From: Ylistrum balloti
Lineage: Eukaryota
DNA length: 64,000 bases
Reading direction: 5' to 3'
Assembly: GCF_031769215.1 (NCBI RefSeq)
Contig: NW_026782437.1
Coordinates: 186,001 to 250,000, forward strand
The stretch's first letter is position 1; every line of letters starts with the position of its first letter. The notes beneath the pieces are model-generated. The model had not been told where the DNA came from and made no database searches. It saw only the letters and a list, made by a program, of their open reading frames with translations. Below, piece after piece: positions 13,898 to 24,721 of the stretch. The position numbers and the translations under genes were made by a program.

Positions 13898-16188
13898 TCA
13901 CATTTCTTCATGGAATAGCTGAGTTGCCAGAACTTCTCCAGTCACGATTGTCTGACAACCAGCATCAACCATTCCTTTCTTAGTCAACGATGATTTTTCA
14001 TCCGAGATTCCATTTGTGACTTTTGTCTTCTTTACTTCTTTCAATGTCTTCTCATCCCGGGGACTATCTCCGAGAACAGACCTGTTCATGTAATATCTCT
14101 CGGCAACCATAGAGAGCGTCTGGTTGTCGGAGTCATCACTAAGGTCAAGGTCATCAACATCCTTCATGGCATCCAGCTCAGTGTGTTTAAAATTCCACAC
14201 AGGCACAACACCAGTCCCACTTGGAGCTGCATCAGTGAAGGCATATTTTATACCACCAACATTGACTGGAGTCACTGGGACGTTAATGTTGGCATCATTT
14301 AGCTCCGGAATAATCCCCCTCATTTCCTCGTCAATGTTAGCTATAGGGCTTGGCGGTTCCTTATAGGGGACCCCATCTATAGGCAACTGCAGGCGGGTCG
14401 CCACACGCTCAATAAGATCTTCTATTGACTCGTGTTCTTTCCAGATCTTTGTGGCTCTCCATCTTGCTCTACTTCCCTTGGGTGCAGGGATAGCATCAAA
14501 ACAAGCCATCTCTCCCACACACAAGATCTTATGTAGATCATCAACATGTTTGCCAAATATTGATCTGTCAATAAAGACGTGCTCATGTCTTCCCAAGTCG
14601 ATGATACCCCACAATTTTGCGACGTGATATATACGTCCTTTACGATTTGTGACGGTAGGTTTTGGACTAGCAGGAGGTCGACTTCCTGTGATGATGACAT
14701 TGAGACGAGCACTTTTTATCACTGACACCATCTCGTTCTCACCAATGATGAATATATTGGAGTGGTCAACAAGAAAATGTTGGAGTTCTTGTTTACTCCA
14801 CCCCACAGTGTTGCGTAGGCTTTCAGGTGCCTGGCCAAAATGGTTGACCAAACTTCCAAGTTTCATGTCACCTTTCTTCTCTATGATTCCCTTGATAAAC
14901 ATCACGGCCTTATACTCATTAGCAGTCATGGTGGTAGGTCCTGTTCGGGGACTTGGTGTGGGCAACTGTTTCATAGGGGAACGTGGTGACATGACTGGAG
15001 ATTTGGGCTCAAACACTTCGAGCGACTTTGGCCTCCTCTTTAGTTTTGGTGTATGCTGTGTAGGATATGTATCTTTCTCCAAATATGATAAATTTGCACT
15101 GTATCTGTTGTTAAAGTTCATATCCTCTAAAGGCTCGGAGTTTGGATTCACAGCACTATATGTGATGTTGTCTTTTAAACAGGCATTATCGCCTTTTAAC
15201 TCAAAAATCAATGGATGCCGCAAAAGCCATTCTCGAAATTCGTTCTGTGGTCCAACACATTCTCTGATTTCCAAAGGTGCCTGAGAAAGATGTCCTGCCA
15301 GGCTTTTGATCGGCATCCATTTTTCACCCCTCTTCAGCAGTTTCGCTCGAAAAAATTGCACAGCTTCTGTTTCTGTAGAAACCTCTGGTGCACTTGGGCC
15401 TGATGATGTTGATGCAGGGCTGCTTTCTCGAAAATTTCTCCCAAGGTTGGCAGTTCCGTCATTAAGACTTATCTGATAAAGTAATGACAATTTGGTTTTT
15501 TTTTAAAGAAGAAATTGCAGTATTACAATGTTATCATATTTTTGGATTTTACATAAATTAACAAACTGTATACAATGGGGATTTGAAGATCCTTTTCATA
15601 ACTCTTTTTGTTAATTACCACTGCTTTTTTAGAAGTTAGTTATTAAAGAAAGAAAGAGAATAGAAGTTCTTATAACACAACCAGTAGATGATTAGAGTGT
15701 GATGTTTTGATGACTACATGGTCACCTTAATCAGACATATGACCAGTATGGAGCATACTAACACTGACGTATGTAGTGCACAAGATGGTACATAAATACT
15801 AATTTTCAGAATTAAACTTTTCAGGTATTTGTAAAATTAACAAAACTTTGGTTTCTTTTCTGCAAATGGTTTCTATAAGACAAGAAATAAAATTTCATTT
15901 TCCCAAATGAAAATACACAAAACTTCAATGTGTTAATTTGTCATTAAGCTGACAATAAGACTTCTATAATCTACTTACTAGGTTTCCGTTTACACTAAAC
16001 AAGGACGGATATTTCTGAAGGAACTTCTTCAGTCCAGTTTCATTGCCCCCAGCTGACTGTCTCATCTCGGCTGTAAAGTTACGGCTGCCAAAGCGGCCGG
16101 CCAGCTGACTGATGGTCAATGGAGCATTGCTGTGCATTAGGATCTCCAAAAAATACAACATAGCTTTGTGTCCAGGATCGTCAGCCAT
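13898..16188 (-). CDS. Egalitarian-like RNA-binding protein: 3 LOTUS/winged-helix (Egl-type) repeats, a cold-shock/OB-like domain and a C-terminal LC8-type motif; 594 aa. Coding exons 16188-15979 and 15472-13898
   Basis: Exon 1 MADDPGHKAMLYFLEILMHSNAPLTISQLAGRFGSRNFTAEMRQSAGGNETGLKKFLQKYPSLFSVNGNL closely resembles the Egl N-terminus (FTKEMRQIAGGSQSGLKKFLAQYP, from memory). Repeat 2 is EAVQFFRAKLL..PIKSLAGHLSQAP..EFREWLLRHPLIFEL; repeat 3 is KAVMFIKGII..SLVNHFGQAP..ELQHFLVDHSNIF. The donor CTA|gtaagt (15978) and acceptor tttatcag|ATA (15473) join in phase 0. Confidence 0.85.
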
Positions 16189-18504
16189 CTTGGATGATTG
16201 TTGGTTTTACAATTCAATTTATTTTCTTACAGTTAGCTTGGTATAAACCAATCTTATTTCTTAGATTCGAAAAAGAAACGAAACTGAACTCAGAAGTAGC
16301 TTCCAATGTTCTAGGATGGAATCTGAAAAAAATATGAAAAAGTATTTAAAAAAGGCTTGATTGCAGTGAAGTATAGATTGTAACTGATACATGTAGTCTT
16401 ATAGATCTATACATCTAAGGCCTTAAAATCAAAATTTATAAATGGTTCAACCTGCTACGAAAAATCATCTCAAATACCATAGCTGTAAAATGTTTTGTTT
16501 TAAATTGGAAAATATGCTTTATGTATACATATGTCAACAGAAGAATGACATAAGTTGCAGGATAATGACCCCACCACATAGTTGACATAAGTAAGTAATT
16601 TGGATCAAAATCACTAAAAAGAAATAGCATTGTTTAAGTGAGTTAATTTTCATACGAGTTATCAAGAACAATAAGAAATCACTCTCATTTCCTAACAAAT
16701 ATATAACAGGTAATCCAAATGTTGAACCTTCAAATCAATACACATTAAATCAAATTAGAGGTGACAGAGAGTTTTTTTTTTTAATTTAGACTAAATTTGC
16801 CCTGATGTCCAAGCCTCAAGTTCACAATCTATAACACCTAGTATACAAGGCCGAACAAGAAATAACTACATCAGCTGTGTAACCATATCACCTAACATTC
16901 CATCTTACACACTAATCCAACATCAATAGCAAGCTAAAATGGACTTCCTTTTAACATAAATCATGTGCTGGTCTATATTCCAGTTATAGGAAAATATCAT
17001 GAAATGACACAACAATTTGCTTAAGTATGCAAATCTTGCATCTTTGGAACTGATTGAGTCAACAAGCTTTCCGTGTACACTAAAACACTTCCATATTTGC
17101 AATTCTTCACAAATGAACTGAAACACAATGCACACTACAAGTGTACTGGGTTTAGATGAAAGGAACACAATAGAAATTACACATGGTGTGGATACTTATT
17201 TAGCCACCTTAACAAATATATTACTTGTGACATCCTCCACTGAAACTCTGAGTCATTCCTGCGCCATGCTGAACTAATATAGTGCAACATATGTTAGCTG
17301 CTCTGTGTTGTACAATAAAGTAACTACTAGTGTCAAATACAAGTTGTGTGAAACTCAGAGCTTCAGTTATAAAACACACGTCGTGTGAAACTGCAGTAGA
17401 GAACTTCAGTTCAAGCTACATAAAGTTGTACTGTCATGAATGGAAGTACACATATACAATACTGATATTAGGTATCAAAATTCTCAACAAGGACCAAAGG
17501 AATACTCTATACTGTGCACATAGGATGATGGGGATCCTCGGGGAGGAGGGGTAAGGGGATCGGGTGTTGGAGGTTGGAATGAGGCGTTAAACTTGAAATG
17601 TCTACCAGCTAGGTAATATAACTTCTATCTTTTTAATTATCTATGTTTTGTTACCTGGTAAGCAAACCAATCTCCCTTGCATTCCAATAAAAAAAAAACA
17701 GTAAGATTAGAATTCTATAGATATAGATCTTTAGTAAATGATAATACAATTATGTTTTCTTTTTATTCCATCAATCAAAATTTTACAAAAGAAAATTCTA
17801 ATACAGAATACTGAGTTCATCCTTTGAAGAAAATTAAGAAAATTCATTACAATGGACAATGTTAAATGTGTTAGTATCAATTTTGTCGGAGATTGGCACT
17901 TTAACCATATATATTTGACCTCAAAGGGAGCTCAGTGCACGTGGATACTGTTAGTAATTGATGACACTATATAGGTATGTATATAGTCCTACAATTTACT
18001 GGTGTACTCTGTATATGGATTCCATTAGCCTAACAAGGTTCATCATAGAGACATCCTGCTTTTGATCAGCCACTGCCAATTATCATTAGCCTCCAGCAAC
18101 TGGAAACAGCACTAAACATTAGTGCTTTTGGGTAATGATATGTTTATACACTCTGAGTGACTTATCACAATAAAATGAAAAATGGCAAGGGACTTTGGTA
18201 TCTTTTCCCATATCTTATTTGGTAGTTATTGAAAAATGTGAACATTTGCTTGGAATGAAATCTGCATAGAGACTTGGCATTTTAATTCAAGTTCTTTTAT
18301 TATCTAAAACCTATCAGGGTTTTTTTTTCATTGGTTTGGGATTGGGAATTTTTGCCACTTTTCTAGAAATATTGGGAACTATCATGGAAATTTTCAGGAG
18401 TATATTGCAAATCTTGGGAACTTGATCTCAATATGAAATAATTTAAATTGAGATTTGGACACATTATCTAAAAGGAAAGGAGGCAACTGAATTATTTAAT
18501 AGAT

Positions 18505-18765
18505 ATGACTGGATTATCTGCTGGGAATGAAAGTGACTGGATCATCTTCTGGAAATGAAGGTGACTGGAGTGACTGAATTATCTTCTGGGAATTAATGTG
18601 ACTGAATTATCTACTGGAAATGAATGTGACTGAATTATTTAGTGGGAATGAAGGTGACTGAATTATCTGCTGAGAATGTGGGTTACTGGAATATCTTCTG
18701 GGAATGGCAGTGACTGGATTATCTACTGTTAGTGAAGATTACTGGATTATCTACTGGGAATGAAG
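18505..18765. repeat. ~28-30-bp minisatellite (about 9 copies)
   Basis: Consensus gtgactggattatc(t/tt)ctgggaatgaa is repeated in tandem. Confidence 0.85.
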
Positions 18766-21700
18766 CCAATGTTGAATGTTATTTCTTCCTTTGAAACATT
18801 TCCATTAGTAGTTTTTATGAAGGCTATATACATTAATTCAAAGTTAATTAAATAAGCAGGTTTAGCACCAAAAAGAACGATGGTCAGGGATTGCAAATGT
18901 ACATGAAAAGTAAAGCAAATTTAATTTGTTTTATCTTCTATTTGTATATTGCATATCTACAATGTAAGCAACAATTTCAGTATAGTGAAGACAATATCAC
19001 TCTTTATTTTTTGATGTTTTGCAATTTTTTTCTTGTTCCCCTCTTGTCTAACACTGGTTTGGTCTTCAAGGTAGGACAGAAAAAGTTGCAGTCTGTGATT
19101 GCAACTGTAGATAAACAAAGCAATGATATAATCTTTGAAACTTCTATTTGATTATCTTCAGGGCAAGTAAACAATGAAATGATCTAAACACTGCTATCAT
19201 ATACATAATATTGAAATCCATGCATGATATAAATTGAGCCTAGCTAAGGAAGATTATAGCTAGGTCATTTTGGAGTAACAAGTTCAATGACCTCTGGCCA
19301 GTAGTGAGACACAGTAGTGACAGTAATATTGTGCACATCAGGCTATACATACATGCATACACAGAACATAATATACATGTTTAAAATATGTAAGATATAA
19401 TATGACCTGTGCATGGTCACCTTTAAAATAAAACCCATATGTCTCTCAGCATTAAGACATGTTACATGATATATAAATGTAGTTTGACACCATATCGGTA
19501 CAGATACATTGTCTACACAAGATTTGCACATGCAATTTGGAGAAGACTAGGAATTTGAAGGCAGATATCCAAGGGACTTCCAGTATTGTATGTTCATTTT
19601 TGATATTTTGAAAATGTTCTGTATTACTATTTACTGTTTGCAGCTCAAATGAGAGATAAAGTTTAGAGGATGTCTTTGACAATAAATTGTTTGTTTGGGC
19701 TTTTTTTTAAAGAATCTAAGTGAATTTGTTATGAAAAATGTTGATTCAATTGTTATTTTTGTAAACAGGAACATGACATGAGCACATTCACAACTGCATA
19801 TTATTACATTACAAGGGCTGGGATTACTTTTATACTGTTGTATCCCATGGTATTTTAGGCAAAATTGTCCAAAAATTAATCAAACTTTTATAATATCATG
19901 ATATTTTTTAGATACTCCAGTTGTAACTACTGAAAAGATAGAGTTAAAGGAATCATCAGAAGAATGAGTGAAAAAAACAACATATCAGTTCTGTAATTGA
20001 TATGTGTAGAGAAAACGATAATACATCTATAGGTATTGCACTATCAAAGTGGTATTGTGATGAATCTGGGTACGTCTCGTCCAAGCCCATAAAAACCATT
20101 GTCACAGGTGATATGCCTGCAAGAGCACAGCTTAACTTTGTATATGATGAACTAAATTGAAAAACCCTGCAGATCAACTAACCTGTATGTATGCAATGAC
20201 ATATGTACTGTTCACCATCACCAACCCTCATATGTCACACAACAAAACTTGCAAACATTTATATCCTACAGTCTAGAGGTTAATTACTCAATCACACAAT
20301 GAACATGTAAACATATATCTTATAATGCCAAGAGGTTTTATACTCAAATCACACAATAAACATGCAACATTAAACTATTGTGTCAGAGATGTAAGATAAA
20401 TAATCATTGTACATAAAAATATATATTGAATAACATCAGGGTTTCTGATAACACTACATCTACTCCCTCACCCTGCTAGGTGGGAAAATATACGGATAAA
20501 TAACACCAGTTTGAACCTGTACCTAGTCCTGACACCCGATAGCTAGGTGACTTAACACACACAATGTCCACCACACACACAATGTCCACCCAGGCCAGAT
20601 AAGACAAGAAAGAGATGTCAATATGAAAAAAATGTCACATAAGAGAATTCTAATGTGTTTATACCAGCCAGGACCTGCTGGCAAATTTATATATATATCA
20701 AAAATGATGCCACAGACTTAAGAAACAGGAGATTTCCATATGTGACTAGAAAAGATTAAAGATGGACAGGTAATCAAACCAACCTACGGTCAAATGGATT
20801 TGGATTTAACTGCACCGAGAGGTAAAAATTAATTCATGGTATTACCCATTTGATGTTTATGCCAAAACTCTAAAGAGCTGAAAAATGTCATTACTGGTGA
20901 CCTTTAATGATGACCATTAATAGTGGCTTGATGATCTACAAATATGGAAGTGGTGAAATCATTTGTAATTTGTGAAAGTGTTTGAATTCAATTATTTACG
21001 AGAAATTATTTGTGACAAAAAATACAGAGAATGATGGAAGAATTATCTAGACCAAAGGCATTTTGAAACCTCATCTTCTCAGAGACTGATCAAGCTGGGT
21101 TTACTGTTACTTTAACTAAGAAAAAAAACTTTATCATGCACATACTTGGCTAAAACCCAAAACAATCTCTATTTACATGTATAGAACTGATTTAGGACAT
21201 GTATATTAATCAGCTTATACTTTGTATTATTTTTCTATACCTATATAATACCAGGTAATTGTATCTACATTCAGTAACCCTCTAGCTAGGTCTGATTATA
21301 AACAAATCTGTTACCAAACACAATGTGTAGTTGGATCTTTTTCTCTTACCAGGTATGTTTTTGGAGAAACATCTGTCAAGTTTGATGAATGTAGTGTCTA
21401 TTGGTTTAAAACAGCTGACAGCACACTTCTCAAACTAAATATTATAGATATGATAAAGTTCTGTTATCATTGGGTTATGACGATGATGGTAATAAAGCAT
21501 GTATATATGCATACTATTTTGTGTGTGAAAATGAGTGTGTATGCTGTCTGGTTTTTATGTAATGTACAAAATAACTTGGGAAAAAAATAAAATTTCTCCA
21601 AAAAAAAAAGTAATCATTTATGATCTGGAAAATGAGCATGCATGAAAGGATAAAAAGAATGCAACTCAGTCTTTTCATGAAATCTAAGGCATCAAGAAGA

Positions 21701-22788
21701 TTCTCAATCTTCTAAAAAATGTTACATGTGACACCTATTTGGACTTTCTCATCTTTATGTAACATATATATCATATATAATGCAAAAAAAGAGTTGACAA
21801 TTTGACAACAACAGAATAATAAAGAGAATTACTATCTTTGGTATAATAAACAATATAAACACAGCAAACATCGGGCTTACCTCCTGTTTGATTATGTGCA
21901 GTTTGTTGAAGTGAAAGGAAAAACAAAACACACACACACAGAAATTGTTCATGACATGATAAGAACTCTGCCAGCTAAATTCATTGTTAAGAAAATGCTT
22001 ATAATATATACTGTCTCTCACTACACACACCATATCTTAAAAGATGTCAGATGTCAATTATGTCATTTAAACACCAATATAAGCTCTTTATGCTTCTGGA
22101 GATGTATCCTTGTATGATCAGTTGTCAGATCAGGTAACAAAATACCATGGAATTGAAAACATAGAGTTCATCGCTCCAGTGTTTGTTTAGCTGCTATTTG
22201 AAGGAATTATATTATGTATACACAAAATTGTGTCTTTTGTATTCGAGTAAATAATTCCTATTTGATGAAAAATAGTGCTTTGACAGCATTTTCAAGGAAA
22301 AAGTTGAATCAGACATTGTATCCGTTAAATATGTTTTGTCTCATAAAAAATGCCATAATACGCTTGCATTACTAGCTAGTCTGCTGTAATCTCATAGCTC
22401 TGTATACTTAGTCATTAACTGTGACAATTGATGTGGAATGTGTGGCACGTAAATCATAAAATGAGCTACAATGGACCTATCCCATTACTAACTGGAATCG
22501 CATCAATGGATGGCACCCCAGCAGCTACTTATACACCGCACCAGCTAACAACACACTCTATCAAGCAATGAAGCATATGTGTGCGCTACGGTGTACGCGA
22601 GACTGTGTATGGCATGCTATATGCCCACTGGCACTGCCGACAACACAGACAGACCCACGTAATATCACACTTACGAGGACTATTCTTCTCCTCCCAAAGA
22701 TTCGATATATTTGACTGGATAAGCATACAAAAACTGAATTCATTTTAAACACAAAGTCTTGTATACGGATGAGTAAAACTGTACTCAC

Positions 22789-22852
22789 CTTGCAAATGTA
22801 AAAACTTTGCAAGAAAGTTTAGAAACGTCAGACGAAAGCAGCCATCTTGGGA
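22789..22852 (-). promoter_or_regulatory. Probable non-coding first exon / TSS region of the Egl-like gene, with a YY1-type motif and a short uORF (MAAFV*)
   Basis: The minus strand reads CCCAAGATGGCTGCTTTCGTCTGA...TTTGCAAG|gtgagt, a strong donor at 22788 in a CpG-richer region. A strong acceptor (ttttcatatttttttcag, 16323) lies 134 nt upstream of the ATG at 16188. The linkage of the two exons is inferred. Confidence 0.5.
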
Positions 22853-23309
22853 GGTTTTAAGGTTGTGCTTACAAATTTAGGAATTACACACAAACGGAAC
22901 GCATTCGCATCTCTTTATACGTCCCTGGTGCATTGTATAAAAAAGTTCATGTATAAAGGGCGACTGAAAAATATCTCCAGACTATATCTTTTTAAATTAA
23001 AATATTGCTTTGGAAATCAAAAATATAAACCAAAGAGCTAATGTTTTGGGAAATATGTCAGAGGTAATTCAAGTAAGAAAATCTTCTTGGGAACATGTAT
23101 ACGTACCTGATAAGGACAGACATGTGTGTCATACGATTTCACAACTAGGTTCATGAATATAGATTTTTGTTTAAACATGCAAATTGAACTTCTGAAGTCA
23201 ACACGGGACACCGAACTCGTCGACCTTTGCTATGATTGTAGATAATTGTGAGCCTGATATTAATCTTGTATGATATTTTATAATGTTGATATGTTAGGAA
23301 CCAAGTTTT

Positions 23310-23350
23310 ACCAGAGACGTATATAACACATATATATATACGTCTCTGGT
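23310..23350. repeat. Perfect 16-bp inverted repeat with a 9-nt loop
   Basis: ACCAGAGACGTATATA (23310-23325) and TATATACGTCTCTGGT (23335-23350). Confidence 0.85.
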
Positions 23351-24104
23351 TTTACGAAAGGAAAAAAAATCTTCGATAAAAATATTGGATTAGGTTAGTG
23401 ATAACTTTCTTCATTTGTAAGAAAAACCACATCAGTTGTGTAAAATGAAAAGTGACTTACGAATATACATGACGAATATGCAGCCGTATGAAAATCAGTT
23501 CAACATACAAATAACATACACATTTTTGTTAAAAAAATATAAATACATATATGACCTTGTTGAGGTGATTAAGGTCAACATAAGCTAATTTTGTTATTCT
23601 TTGAGACTGTCAAACTTTCGTCTTTCATCACCAAAACTTTAAAACCATTTACACTGCAGTCTTCCTCTTCAACCATTTTGACGTGGTTCTTTTTTTATTA
23701 CTGTTATTTCTTTGTGGGATTTATCACCTTGTAAACATTGTCAATACAAGGCGGAGTGTCCCCGTTGGTGATCTAGTCAAAGTCTTACAGTACCATTACA
23801 CCACAGGACAGTCCCCGGTCGGTTACAGACTTTCATCCGTATAAGATCAAATCAAGACGTTTTATACGTCCGGTATGTGGACCAGAGTATATTGAACTCT
23901 GTCTTGCAATAATAAGGCTTAATAATTCAGTTACGTGTTATTGTCAAGGGACCCTTTACTTGGATACACAAAGATTTACATGTTTGTGTTTTCTTTGTTG
24001 TTTAATCGTTCAGAGGATAATCAAATGGAAGAATAAATGAATATAATTGATATATTACGGTGGCCATTTGATTGTCAATATAAATAATTTTAATTATAAT
24101 GAAC

Positions 24105-24345
24105 GCTCGTCTTATCATCTCGAGCGCTCGATATATTATCTCTGTTTACTTACTATAACTCTTACTCCCATCTTGTTACGACGGTAAGTAATGTAGGTTT
24201 AGGTGTCACGCCATCACTATGATATAACAGTACTATTATGAAGCTGTTCATCAGTAAAATCCAAGTTGAGCGCTGGAAATCATATGTGGAGAGTTCGAGA
24301 TAACATGTCGCGCGCTCGAGATAAGTCGAAATAATGTCGACCTCT
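24105..24345. mobile_element. Possible degenerate MITE remnant with imperfect inverted CTCGAG-rich ends
   Basis: cttatcatctcgagcgctcga (~24111) and tcgcgcgctcgagataag (~24308) are imperfect inverted copies. No TSD was identified. Confidence 0.35.
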
Positions 24346-24554
24346 CAGTATTATTAATATAAAGAATAATATTGTGCATGTCCTAAATGTACCATTGTAT
24401 GACATGTACCATCGCACCAACGGCATTCCATCAACACCATTTTTTCTGTGACCGTGATAGTATTAACAAAGTCGTCTGCTAATTCGTGTCGAACATTGTT
24501 TACCTGCAAATATAAAACAACCAGGCACTTGGTCCCTCGAAGCGCATGCGCACA

Positions 24555-24580
24555 TCAACAAGCGCCATTTTGGAAGCAAC
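24555..24580. promoter_or_regulatory. YY1-type motif (GCGCCATTTTG) in the CpG-rich region just upstream of the USP start
   Basis: agcgccattttgg at ~24561-24573, about 150 bp upstream of ATG 24722 and next to gcgcatgcgc. Confidence 0.4.
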
Positions 24581-24721
24581 ATTTTAAATGGCTTGGCCAT
24601 GAAGATGAAATAGAGTGATACTTCTTTGGCTATTCACCGATATATGGCACAGGGACACTTATGGATAAAGCCGATTTAATATTGAATAGCTAACATCTTC
24701 TTGACATTGATAACAATCACA

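Noticed and set aside
14124-15403. Plus-strand ORFs (14124-14366, 14649-15284, 15215-15403)
   Set aside because: Antisense shadows of the Egl-like coding exon with no recognisable motifs.
13898-16188. Calling this gene egalitarian (egl) outright
   Set aside because: It has no 3'-5' exonuclease-like domain, and orthology cannot be established without a phylogeny.
21881-21883. Apparent 3-nt microexon on the minus strand (caaacag|GAG|gtaagc) in the Egl-like 5' region
   Set aside because: It would fall in the 5' UTR with no coding effect, and such AG-NNN-GT matches arise by chance. No support without reads.
23740-23900. CpG-rich segment with a tRNA A-box-like GTGGTGTAATGGT on the minus strand; considered as an ncRNA gene
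   Set aside because: No B-box, no cloverleaf, and no match to the snRNAs I can recall. More likely promoter sequence.
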